Shown here piece after piece: positions 38,474 to 48,193 of a DNA stretch of 64,000 bases. Source of the stretch: a virus (lineage: Duplodnaviria; Heunggongvirae; Uroviricota; Caudoviricetes); the IMG/VR virus record IMGVR_UViG_3300001528_000192, positions 1-64,000 of that record. The stretch is one strand, 5' to 3'. The notes beneath the pieces are model-generated. The model had not been told where the DNA came from. It searched no databases and saw only the letters and a list, made by a program, of their open reading frames with translations. Numbering within the stretch: the first letter of the stretch is position 1; each line of letters begins with the position of its first letter. The translations under genes and the position numbers were made by a program.

Positions 38474-39415
38474 TTGTATATGTTAAAATTTAAAACTACG
38501 GATAAAAAATTAGAATTATTGTTGCGGGCAATTTGTGCTTATGAAGTAAATGGAGAAGCTAATTTCTCTATGAAATGTTTAGATTTTTTCGGTAGTGAAA
38601 ATACCATAAGAAGAAATATAGAAAAATTAGAGAATTTATTAACTGAAGACGGAAAACCTATACTAATTAAAACGAATATGAACGGAATGTATTCAAGATA
38701 TAAATTAAATAAAATTTTAATTTGCCCAGAATTTGTGTATAAAGATTTTCCAGTTCAATACAAAATAATTTTACTGTCCTTATATGATAAGGAACTACCA
38801 GAAATACTTACAGTTAGTAATGTAAGTAAATTAACAGGACTTAATTATAACACAGTGAAAAAATATTTTAAAGATTCTCTAAAAGATGATTTATTAAACA
38901 ATTCTTCGGAAATAAAGAAAAGTTTGGATGGAGCTTTAGAAAATACATCATTTGGATTAATGTATGTAGGGGCAAGAAAAGAAATTTTCAAATGTAAATG
39001 TTGTGGCACTACAGATATACATAGATTTTATGCTTATAATCATAGTACATGCATTAAATGCCTAAATGCCAAAAGAGCTGAGAATTTAAAAACAGATATT
39101 GCTAGAAAATTATATAATAATTCTCAGCACTCTTATAATGCTAGAAAAAACATTGCAGGTTATAATTTAACTGTAGAATACATTCAAGAATTACTAGATA
39201 ACCAAAATTATAAATGCTATTATACAAATGTAGGCTTAAAAATTGGGTCAAAATTAACGAATCCTACATTAGATAGAATAGATTCAAATAAAGGGTATAT
39301 TAAAGGTAATGTTGTTATTTGTACAGAAATAGCAAATATTATGAAAAACGATTTAACTATAGATGAGTTTAAAGAACAAATAAAACTATTATGCACTAAC
39401 ATGAACAATTTCTAA
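38474..39415 (+). CDS. Very AT-rich gene on the opposite strand: zinc-ribbon plus HNH-like C-terminal domain protein (possible homing endonuclease)
   Basis: The protein contains CKCCGTTDIHRFYAYNHSTCIKCLN and LDRIDSNKGYIKGNVVICTEIANIMKN. It uses the standard code. It is the only plus-strand gene within the first 43 kb. Confidence 0.55.
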   Translation: MYMLKFKTTDKKLELLLRAICAYEVNGEANFSMKCLDFFGSENTIRRNIEKLENLLTEDGKPILIKTNMNGMYSRYKLNKILICPEFVYKDFPVQYKIILLSLYDKELPEILTVSNVSKLTGLNYNTVKKYFKDSLKDDLLNNSSEIKKSLDGALENTSFGLMYVGARKEIFKCKCCGTTDIHRFYAYNHSTCIKCLNAKRAENLKTDIARKLYNNSQHSYNARKNIAGYNLTVEYIQELLDNQNYKCYYTNVGLKIGSKLTNPTLDRIDSNKGYIKGNVVICTEIANIMKNDLTIDEFKEQIKLLCTNMNNF

Positions 39416-39449
39416 AGGAGTCTAATTTTTAGACTCCTTTTCCTATTGA

Positions 39450-39471
39450 GGGGGGGGGGATAAAAAAAAAA
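39450..39471. repeat. Homopolymer pair G10 then A10
   Basis: The sequence gag gggggggggg a t aaaaaaaaaa lies between the AT-rich plus-strand gene and the following minus-strand gene. Confidence 0.7.
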
Positions 39472-39482
39472 GCTAACCCAGA

Positions 39483-39746
39483 TTACTCTGGATCAGCTTC
39501 AAATGATTCAATTGTTTCCTTAAAGTCTTTAGTTTGTTCTGGATTGCCAGAATGATCTCTAACAGATAAGATATTAAGTGCATCTTCAAAATTAATATAG
39601 AATTGTTCATCTGTTAGCTTTAGTCTCTCTGCCTCATCAGCAGCTAAGGTAGCCATGTGTAATGCAGCTTGACACATAGTCCAAACTCGATTCTTTTCAT
39701 TTGGAAATCTACCTGATTTAATCAATTTCATTAGTTCACTTCTCAT
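39483..39746 (-). CDS. Hypothetical protein
   Basis: 87-aa ORF. Confidence 0.45.
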   Translation of the reverse strand: MRSELMKLIKSGRFPNEKNRVWTMCQAALHMATLAADEAERLKLTDEQFYINFEDALNILSVRDHSGNPEQTKDFKETIESFEADPE

Positions 39747-39763
39747 AGTACATATTTAATTAG

Positions 39764-39835
39764 TCGCCCCACTCAGACTCGAACTGAGACGTGCGGTTTT
39801 AGAGACCGCTGTGCTAACCATTACACCATAGAGCA
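39764..39835 (-). tRNA. Amber suppressor tRNA, anticodon CTA (reads UAG); tRNA-Gln-like body
   Basis: The sense sequence is TGCTCTA TG GTGT AATGGTTA GCAC A GCGGT CTCTAAA ACCGC ACGT CTCAG TTCGAGT CTGAG TGGGGCG A. The 5-bp anticodon stem pairs perfectly and the 7-nt loop CU-CUA-AA puts CUA at positions 34-36. The D-arm TGGTGTAATGGT is almost identical to that of tRNA-Gln(TTG) at 29860-29930. Confidence 0.8.
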
Positions 39836-39875
39836 ATAAGAGCTACTTTTTAAAAGGAGTAGCTAACCTTAAAAA

Positions 39876-40316
39876 TTAAAACTTTTCATAAAGTTCAACC
39901 ATATCTTGAATTTTATGTTGTAGATGCAAACAAATAACATCAGTAGAAATGTCAATCATTTCTTCTACTTCCTGTGCTTGGTCTGCATCAAACTTCTCCA
40001 AATCAAGAAGCTTATTAAACTTATTTAGATCAAGTTTAGATTTGAGTTCTTCTACTACTTCTACAAAGGTAGTATCATCAAGTGCTTTAATATTGTCTTT
40101 GTAGTCTTTAACAATTTCTTTGGTATCAGAATCATCAAATTCTCCATTACATTCAGGAACGTTTGCTTCTATCTCTATTTTAAGATGTCCATTATCTTTT
40201 TCTAAACGACATTTTAAATCATCACTTTCAAATGTCTCTACAGTTCCGTCTGGAATACATAAACCTAATATATTCGTGAGGTCTGGAAGTTCATTAAAAT
40301 TAATAGTTTTATCCAT
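39876..40316 (-). CDS. Acidic hypothetical protein
   Basis: 146 aa, rich in Asp and Glu. Confidence 0.5.
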   Translation of the reverse strand: MDKTINFNELPDLTNILGLCIPDGTVETFESDDLKCRLEKDNGHLKIEIEANVPECNGEFDDSDTKEIVKDYKDNIKALDDTTFVEVVEELKSKLDLNKFNKLLDLEKFDADQAQEVEEMIDISTDVICLHLQHKIQDMVELYEKF

Positions 40317-40394
40317 GATTTTTATTCCTTTTGATTACATAGCAAATATATATTCTCCTTCTAAAAATCAAAAATGGAATATTGTTAAAAACTA

Positions 40395-41275
40395 TTAAGA
40401 TTTAAACTTACCTCCATTTTTAAGAGTAAATCCCTAACTAGTCCAACTTGGGACAGTCTAAAGGTTGAAATCTAATAGTTTGGGTTTCCTAAAGAAAGTT
40501 AATCCAACGTTACCAGGAGATACATCATCAACTACTATACTTCCATTGGTATATGCTCTATATTGTACGTTAGGATCGTTAACTTTTCTAAAGCCACTCT
40601 TCTACATAGCCTTATCTAACTTATCTACATATTTTGGAAAAGTTTTCTCACTGAGAACTTTCACCTTTTTCTAAATGAAAGTTGGAAATCTTCTAGTCCC
40701 ATCCTTCACATAGCCTACAAACTTTAGAGGGAGAGAGTTTGGAACTGCATTTCTCTTTAACATTTCACCGCTGCCAACCTAAGTTATTTTTCCCACAGTA
40801 GTAGGAGAGTTTCTTATTACAAGGGCTTCAGAACCCTATCCTATTTTATAAGGGGTTAAAGTAGATAACTTACCAACTGTAGCCCGCCTAGTAACAGCCG
40901 GAAGAACACCTTTAAAGGAACTTACAGGTCCTGCAGTTATAAGAGAAGTTCCTATGTTCTTTACATTATCTTTAGCATAATTAAAATTGGACTATATCTT
41001 CTACTAGTCTTCTTCCTTAGAAGGGTCATAATGAGTTTGGCGTCCAAATATTCCATATCCAAAGAAATTGTTATTGTAGAAGTTCTACATATTCTAGTAA
41101 TACTTAGCTTTATCTGCATCATAGATTACTGCTTGATTCTTTCTAGCAGCCTCCTACAATTTTCTCTATTTAATTCTATCTTGCTATTCTTTAGTAAGTT
41201 GGAATGCCATTGGTTGACCTCTAACAACTCTTGTATTATCCTATACTGCAATCCCACCTCTCTAAAACTTAATCA
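40395..41275 (-). CDS. TAG-recoded gene, hypothetical protein (about 293 aa, about 17 in-frame TAG)
   Basis: ATG at 41275 (MIKF[Q]RGGIAV[Q]DNTRVV...) runs to TAA at 40395-40397. The translation is coherent only when TAG is read through. Its start overlaps the stop of the upstream small membrane protein gene. Confidence 0.5.
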
Positions 41276-41490
41276 TGCATTTTACCTTTCCAAATTCCAG
41301 TTACTGAATCTATACCTAATAATAAGCATACTGCATATATAAAAGGTTCTATCATTAGAGGGGCCTGAATAGAAGATATAGTACAATAGACTAATACAAA
41401 GATGATAATAAGGAATCCGATTACCCCACAAACTCTCTTACTACTAATACCAGAGTGTGAGGTAATCATCAGTCTAAGAAAATCCTTCAT
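41269..41490 (-). CDS. Small membrane protein (holin-like, 2-3 transmembrane helices), no TAG
   Basis: 73 aa, reading ...VCGVIGFLIIIFVLVYCTISSIQAPLMIEPFIYAVCLLLGIDSV. Confidence 0.45.
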   Translation of the reverse strand: MKDFLRLMITSHSGISSKRVCGVIGFLIIIFVLVYCTISSIQAPLMIEPFIYAVCLLLGIDSVTGIWKGKMHD

Positions 41491-41522
41491 AAAATTAAAA
41501 GTATAATTATTACCTAGAGTAG

Positions 41523-41714
41523 CTATCCTATAGCTCCACCTATCATAGTAGCTGCTATGTCTAGCCAGTCAAACTTACCTCCATACTGTTTATCTTTAAA
41601 TTCCATTCCAAATGCACATCCTAATACAGCTAGTATAGTAAATACTAACCCAATAGGAATTGCATATAAAAGATGTTTCGGACGATTACTTTCTTTCAAC
41701 CACATATTATGCAA
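41523..41714 (-). CDS. Small membrane protein (holin-like), no TAG
   Basis: The protein reads ...LLYAIPIGLVFTILAVLGCAFGMEF...WLDIAATMIGGAIG, which gives two transmembrane helices. Confidence 0.45.
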   Translation of the reverse strand: MHNMWLKESNRPKHLLYAIPIGLVFTILAVLGCAFGMEFKDKQYGGKFDWLDIAATMIGGAIG

Positions 41715-42819
41715 AATTTAATTTATTTCCGAAGAACCAATTAGCCTCCAATTGTCTTCTCTTTATAAGTCCTTTCTATATCTTACCATTACCTCTTGCT
41801 GTAATACCTGCCCTAATCCACTTATTATAAATAGCTTGAGGATTATTCCAGTTCTGAACAATAAATCTTCCAAACTCTCCATTTGGGCTAGCCCAATTAC
41901 CAGAGGCTGATATAGAAGATAATGCATCTATTTTATCCTAAGTTACATTAGGTAATCCTGCTAGCACCTGTTTCCATTCTTCAGCCTTCTTATTATAGAA
42001 GGCATTAAAGATGTTGTCCCATCTTTCTTTAGAAAACCTAGTACCTGCCTTTATAGGTGGAGCCCCCGGTTTATCAAATTCTCTAGTCATGCCATATGCA
42101 CCAGTAGCAAAAGATTCTCCAAACTATGTATTCACTTTAGCAGTTTGGGATCCCCCTTCCATCCTTTTAATTTGGGAAGCCATCTGCTAAGATATACCAT
42201 TAGCGAATGTACTAATGCCGTTGGTAACCCCTCCCAAGATTCGTCTAATACTTTTGATTTCTAAGTTAGGAAGGGGTCTTTCTACTATTCCTAACTTCTT
42301 TCCAGCAGCATCTATAATATATATCTATCCGCTCTCTATTCTACTTATAAGTCCTATGTGCTATCCACTAGGACTATTCTTACTTCCAAACCAGATTACA
42401 TCTCCAGGCTTAGCCTATTGAAGACTAATTTCCTAACCTATCTTACCCTACTGAGCAGCAGTCCTAGGTAGATTAATTCCTACACTATTAAAGACATACT
42501 TTATAAGACCACTACAATCAAACCCAGAACTTGGACTAGAACCTCCCCAACTATATTTACCTCCTAAGAATTGTCTCGCTTGGTTAATTACCTACTAAGC
42601 CATAGAAGAGCTATTCTCAGATTTAGAAGGAGAATAACTGAAGGTAGGTTCTTGTATATCCTACTAAGGAGTATCTAGGAAACTCCAATCTATGCCGGAA
42701 TCTTCTACGTCCTAAGTAGGCTATTGCATTAATTGTATTTCCTGATAATTCTACTATACATCAGGGGTAATTATGTCTGGAGGAGATACAGATTCAAATG
42801 TTGTAAATAATTCAGCCAT
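41706..42819 (-). CDS. TAG-recoded NlpC/P60-family cell-wall peptidase (endolysin-like)
   Basis: With TAG=Q the protein reads ...QFLGGKYSWGGSSPSSGFDCSGLIKYVFNSVGINLPRTAA[Q][Q]GKIG...PGDVIWFG...[Q]HIGLI, the NlpC/P60 Cys/His core. The two consecutive TAG codons sit where the family has Gln-Gln. The end coordinate is approximate because my manual frame count is off by one somewhere. Confidence 0.55.
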
Positions 42820-42821
42820 TA

Positions 42822-43646
42822 TTAAAATTTATATAATCCATTTATAATATCACTAAATAATATATGAGGAATTTCGGGATTTTCCTAATCAAGAATAGAT
42901 TTATAGGAAGTCGCTAATTTCTTTCCATACGGATTCTCATATGAATCATTTATTAAGATGTGACTAATATTTCCTTCTGGCTATCTCATGTCCCTAACAA
43001 TAATAAATGGTCCATCAGAATAAAAACCACCAGGTGCAGCAGTACTAGTTTTATCCCCGATTAAACTGCTAGAGTAAAAAGGTCTGGTAGTATCGTATCC
43101 ATGCTTATTCATCATCCTAGCAACAGCTAAGGCTTCTGAATCTCCCTATTTAGACATGCCGTGTCCTACATAGTGTAATGGAACTCTCTACCTTTCAAGA
43201 GCCTGCTTCAGAAATTCTCCCTGCATAAACCTATCATCTTTATTTATACCTCTTCTAAAATCTAGCATATTTTTAGGAGATATTTTAGTTCGGTCAATAA
43301 ATCCCTATAATACTTTCAAATACTCCCCCTTTGGCACTAATTTAATTGCTTTTATAACTCCTCCTAGCTGGTGTTTCCAAGTTCTGGCATTAGCAGCAAA
43401 TGTAGCTCTTTTCCTAATCTTAGGATCAGAACTATTTTTTCCCCTCTAAATGCAGACATCAGTTACATTTCCCCCACAGTACTCTGTAAATTTACCTCTA
43501 TTCTATTTTTTAATATGTATCTTATGTCCTTTCTTGTAAAGCTCAATTGGATCTGAATAATTCTCTAACTTTAAAGGGAGATTAAGCTAAGAAGTATCCT
43601 TGAAAAACTAAGAAAACTCTGTTAATTGATTCTAGGTATATTTCAT
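42822..43646 (-). CDS. TAG-recoded gene, alpha/beta-hydrolase-like protein
   Basis: ATG at 43646 (MKYT[Q]NQLTEFS...) to TAA at 42822-42824 is exactly 275 codons. It contains HYVGHGMSK[Q]GDSEALAVA, a G-H-x-x-S nucleophile-elbow-like motif, and about 14 TAG. Confidence 0.45.
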
Positions 43647-43814
43647 ATTAGATTTTGTTAAAAGTAACACATACTTTATTTGAGTATTCAAATTTAATAT
43701 TTATATTTGTATAATTGAAATGAATATAACTCATAAGTTAAATAGAAAATTCCACGTATAAATATATTTGTACAAACTCAAGGACTAACAGATTAACTAT
43801 ATAATATCTAACAA
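43647..43814. promoter_or_regulatory. AT-rich divergent intergenic region (probable divergent promoters for the minus-strand lysis cassette and the plus-strand late module)
   Basis: A 168-bp gap of roughly 80% A+T lies between the divergently oriented genes starting at 43646 (minus) and 43815 (plus). Confidence 0.3.
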
Positions 43815-44057
43815 ATGAGTTACAAAACAAACTTAAATTCTAGACTACTTGTTGCTCTTACTTTAACAATAGTAGGAAGTGGTCTGTTAATTGCTGGATT
43901 CATGGTTCCTCCTTTGGGAATAATCGATGGTTCAGTTTTAGTAGCATTCGGAGAGACTAGTACATTTGTCGCTGCGTTGCTTGGAATAGATTACAATTAC
44001 AAATACCAGATGTACAAAAACAAAGTCCTTTCAGGATTCAGTGGAAATGGGAAATGA
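43815..44057 (+). CDS. Small membrane protein
   Basis: 80 aa, reading LLVALTLTIVGSGLLIAGFMVPPLGIIDGSVLVAFG. Confidence 0.45.
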   Translation: MSYKTNLNSRLLVALTLTIVGSGLLIAGFMVPPLGIIDGSVLVAFGETSTFVAALLGIDYNYKYQMYKNKVLSGFSGNGK

Positions 44058-44087
44058 AATAATGAAATAAACTAAATAAAGTGTAAT

Positions 44088-44957
44088 ATGAAAATTGATA
44101 AGCAGAATGGAACAGTTGCGTTCAATGACCAAGAGCATATCTATTGGAATGTAAATGATAATAAAAGATATGTCTCAGTTACTACTCTAATTCACAGATA
44201 TACTCAAGAATTTGATAAGGAATTTTGGTCTTCTTATAAGGCTTTGGAAAAATTACTTCCAAAGAAGTCGTGGGAAATAGAAAAGAAGTCTCTATTAAAT
44301 ACTAAGAAGTTCAATAAGGAATTGTTAAGTTTATATGATATAGACGAGAATGATTTCAATGCAGTTCAGCAAGGCATCTTAGATGCTTGGGATGAGGAGA
44401 ACAGGAAATCATGTGAAAGAGGAACTAAGATACACTCAGAGATAGAAAACTCCTTTTACGACCACCCAACAGATATTTCTTTAAAGAAGTTTGGTTTGGG
44501 AGGAAAATTTGAGTGTAAGAAAGACTACTCGGAATTAGATTTAGAGCATGGAGTGTATCCAGAGTATTTGATATATAGGGAGTCAGACGATGGGATCTTA
44601 CGAATAGCAGGACAGGTGGATCTTATAATTAAGTCAGGAAATGAAATAACAATTGTAGACCACAAGACGAATAAGAAAATTGATCAAAAGTCTGGATTCA
44701 ATACAATTACTAAATCAAATGCTAAGATGAAGTATCCATTGAATAATCTAATGGATTGTAATTTTTATCATTACACTTTACAACTCTCCACTTATGCTTG
44801 GATGCTTCAAAAGATAAATCCAAACTTTATAATTAAAGATTTGATTTTAAATCACTATGACCATAATGGAAATAATACCTTATATCATTGTGAATATCTA
44901 AAGCATGATGTAGAGAAAATGTTATATCATTATAAGAAGAGTCTCATTTTGGAATAG
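44088..44957 (+). CDS. PD-(D/E)XK exonuclease-like protein (YqaJ/Cas4-like fold), standard code
   Basis: 289 aa. GQVDLIIKSGNEITIVDHKT supplies a D...D-x-K motif. It has no in-frame TAG. Confidence 0.55.
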   Translation: MKIDKQNGTVAFNDQEHIYWNVNDNKRYVSVTTLIHRYTQEFDKEFWSSYKALEKLLPKKSWEIEKKSLLNTKKFNKELLSLYDIDENDFNAVQQGILDAWDEENRKSCERGTKIHSEIENSFYDHPTDISLKKFGLGGKFECKKDYSELDLEHGVYPEYLIYRESDDGILRIAGQVDLIIKSGNEITIVDHKTNKKIDQKSGFNTITKSNAKMKYPLNNLMDCNFYHYTLQLSTYAWMLQKINPNFIIKDLILNHYDHNGNNTLYHCEYLKHDVEKMLYHYKKSLILE

Positions 44958-45158
44958 AAAAGAAATGCAAGAAAAAGAATAGAATATTAATCATTGTTAA
45001 GGGCATATTGAATCCCAATCTTGGATTAAATGTCAACACTATATACTAAAACAGTCTATTCTTTTTCTTTTTATTTTTAGATTATGAATGTATTTGATAT
45101 TATCAATGGTCATGCAAAAGAAGTCCTTAACCTTAACTAGGACTTAAGTAGTAATAGA

Positions 45159-45350
45159 TTGAAAATCTGCTATAGTTGCCCTCTTTACTCTAGTAAGTTT
45201 GGAGGGATGTGTAATAACAAATTATGGCTGAATGTTAATACAGGAGATGTAAGTAGTATCCAGAAACCTGGGTACAAACGTGGGTGTGGATGTAGATTGC
45301 AAGCCAAGACTAGGCTTCCGAATGCAGTATGCCCGCTGAATAAATGGTAA
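45159..45350 (+). CDS. Small Cys-rich (zinc-ribbon-like) protein
   Basis: The protein reads CYSCPLYSSKFGGMC...CGCRLQAKTRLPNAVCP. Confidence 0.35.
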   Translation: MKICYSCPLYSSKFGGMCNNKLWLNVNTGDVSSIQKPGYKRGCGCRLQAKTRLPNAVCPLNKW

Positions 45351-45370
45351 TAATTAAATGTTAATGATTT

Positions 45371-45961
45371 ATGAAAGACGTAAGACTTTACTCAACAGAG
45401 AATGAAAAAATTGCTAGAGAATTACTTGGAACTGATAGTAATTTCACATCGGTAAATATGAGTGAGAACTCAATTGACTCTTTAGTCAAAAAAGAAAAGG
45501 CTCGTAAGTTCAATTCCGAAGTAGAATAGTATAACGAGAAACTAGAACAAAATCATAAAGACTTTAAGGAAAGTCAAGATAAAATAGAATATGACATCAA
45601 TAAGGCAGAAATAAAGCCAATGTTTGCAAGAGTTCTAGTTCAGCCTTTTAAGGTTAATCCTTTCCAGAAAATGAAAGTAGAAAATGGCTTGATAGTTGAT
45701 ACTGGAGGATATACGCCTCATACTCAACTTAATGAACAAACTGGTAGGTATGAAGAGCAAAAGCAATTTATAGTTACTGGATGTGTAATTGAAGTAGGAC
45801 CTGAGGTTAAGTATTTAAAAGAAGGAGATGTTATTTTCTATAGGGTTGACACTGCAGTTCCAGTTCCATTTTTCAAGCAGGGATTCGTAAGTTTAGCAGA
45901 AAGTCAAATTATAGCAGTTGTTAATGAAGGTTTACAAGACCGTTTTGATAATGTTAAGTAA
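45371..45961 (+). CDS. GroES/gp31-like co-chaperonin with an N-terminal extension joined through one in-frame TAG
   Basis: The ATG at 45371 (MKDVRLYSTENEKIAREL...) runs in frame through the TAG at 45527-45529 into the GroES-like segment (VLVQPF...ENGLIVDTGG...GCVIEVGPE...LKEGDVIFYRV...IIAVVNE). Confidence 0.5.
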
Positions 45962-46198
45962 TATGGAAGAAAGTAATATATATTTTAATCCTGGTTAGGT
46001 TGTTCAGTTAAAATAGAATATACCTAATAAGCCAAGGATGATCGTCGTGAAAAAGGAAACATCTTTATTCAAGCATGACTCTAGGAGAGAAGACAAACGT
46101 CCTATCCTTATAGGGATTAGGTGTCGTTGGTTTACTACTACTGGAGCTATGCAAGAAGCAGTGTTTAACACTAAAGACATTGAACTAATTAAAGAATA

Positions 46199-47572
46199 AT
46201 GGCTAATAATTGGAAGTATGGGGATTCCTACTTTGATGGGAACTCTTATAAAACAAGAGCATAGGCGTTTGCTGCTGCTAGGAAAAGTGGTAGAGGAGTA
46301 TTTACTTATAAGGGAAAGCAATATAATACAATGTAGAAAGGGGAAAATGCTGATGACTTTAGAAGGAATCATGCAGACTACGACTATTTCCTTGGAAATG
46401 TTGCTAGTGACTAGGGAGGATGGAAACCTTCTGATCCAGTTCAAACTTCTTATAAAGTAAATAATGTTCCAGAACCTATGAATCCAGACGCCTCACCAAA
46501 ATCTGGACAGTTAGGAGAGGCTGTAGTTACAGCTCAGAAGCAGCCACTACAAATGTTTACAAAAGATGATATTAGATCTCTAGGATTTAATAATTACTAG
46601 GGATTACTTAATGCAGTAAGCAATAGAAATAATTGGAACAATAATTTCGTAAAGGCTCTAAATAATAGATTTGGAACTGATTATGCTAACTGGAAGCAGG
46701 AAGACATAGAAAATGCATTAGGAGTGAAGGGAAAGTATAGATCATTTGGGGGAGGAGACTTTGGAGATATGTCTCGCAGTATGGCAAGCTGGATGGGAAC
46801 ATACAATGGAAATCTCGAAAGGAAAAATCTGCAAGATAGAACTGGATCAGACGGGATAGTCTATTCCAATAAACAAGTAAGAGATCTATTTGAAGCACAT
46901 CCTGTAAAGCCTAAAACATTTACTTTTGACACTAATTCCTTTGGAACTAATCTATTTGGAACGCCAAAGAAATAGTAGGGAGGACAAATTAATATGAATG
47001 AACAACAATTACAATAGGCATTTCTATAGTATCTGATGTAGAAGACTGGAGCTCAAAATGAGCAGCAACTAGAACAAGTTGTTTAGCAGTTGGGTGAAGA
47101 TGGATTGAAACAAGCATACGCTCAATTCATGCAAGAAATGCAGCAATAGCAAGTTCAAGCTGCCAAGTTTGGAGCTAAACTAAATTACATTAAGAAACTT
47201 AATGGACAATGCCCTGAAGGAATGGAAATGCACTATTATAAGCAGGGAGGTAGGCTTTGCAGGAAATGTATGCAGGCTAAACAAAATGGAGGAGAACTAG
47301 AAACACCTTCTAATCCTATTGATGCCTTTAAATGTGGAAGAAAAATTAAAAAGAATCAACAGGGAAGAAAATTTCCTTTGATTGAAACTGACAAGAATGG
47401 AAAGAATAAGAAGGTCTATTATAAGGATGAGGCAACTAGAGATTCTATTGCAGCAAATCGTTACAATGATCAGGAAGTGCAAGTAAATAGACCTGGCTCT
47501 TACAAGAAGAATGCAAAGGGCAAGGTTCAATGGACTCCTGATAGAACCAAGGCACCTTATAAGAGAGACTAA
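46199..47572 (+). CDS. TAG-recoded Gln-rich protein with a C-terminal zinc ribbon
   Basis: ORF-track fragments 46724..46975 and 47222..47572 share the frame of the ATG at 46199. Reading TAG=Q gives ...NEQQLQQAFLQYLMQ...QFMQEMQQQQVQAAKF...CPEGMEMHYYKQGGRLCRKC. Many Gln residues are TAG-encoded, interleaved with CAA/CAG. Confidence 0.5.
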
Positions 47573-47698
47573 TCTTACATAGGAATGAATATGAATTAAT
47601 GAATTATGGTTTAGGATATATTTGTTTACAACAATCAACTCAATAGAGTTGATCTAAATACACATGAAATACTTCTGGTCAAAGAGTTTAAAGCTCTT

Positions 47699-48193
47699 TT
47701 GGAACCAAATAGAAATAAATGCAAAGAAGACCCAAGTGGATTAATGGGTCTTCGTGCATTTAGAGAGTTCACTTATATATGGCTTGCCATATGTTGGAAG
47801 TCTGTGTATAGTGAATATGATGAACAGGTTAGGCACCAAGAGTCCCTAAAGGATGCAAACTTAACAGAAGAGGAATTTAATAATCCAGAATTTAGAGCAG
47901 CATGTAGGAAGTTTAGGCAGATATAGGAGTCTAATCTTTCCATTAAAATGCTACATGCTGCACAGGAAACTGTTAACAAGTTTATAGAATACTTTAATTC
48001 AGTAGATCCTTTAGAGAGAGATGAGTAGACTGGAAAACCAGTATATAAAGTTAAAGATATTATGGCTGAACTAAGTTCTTTAGGAAAGGTTCATGACGAA
48101 CTTGTTGACTTGGAGAGTAGAGTTAAGAAGGAGTTAACTGAACAATCTTCCGTTCGAGGAGGGGCTATAGATGGATATCAACCTAACTTTTAA
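47699..48193 (+). CDS. TAG-recoded hypothetical protein (possible small terminase position)
   Basis: MEPNRNKCKEDPSG... continues through two TAG to TAA at 48191-48193. It lies immediately upstream of the large terminase gene. Confidence 0.4.

Noticed and set aside
46004-46444. Minus-strand ORF of 146 aa
   Set aside because: It is antisense to the TAG-recoded plus-strand gene 46199..47572. The plus-strand reading gives a far more protein-like translation.
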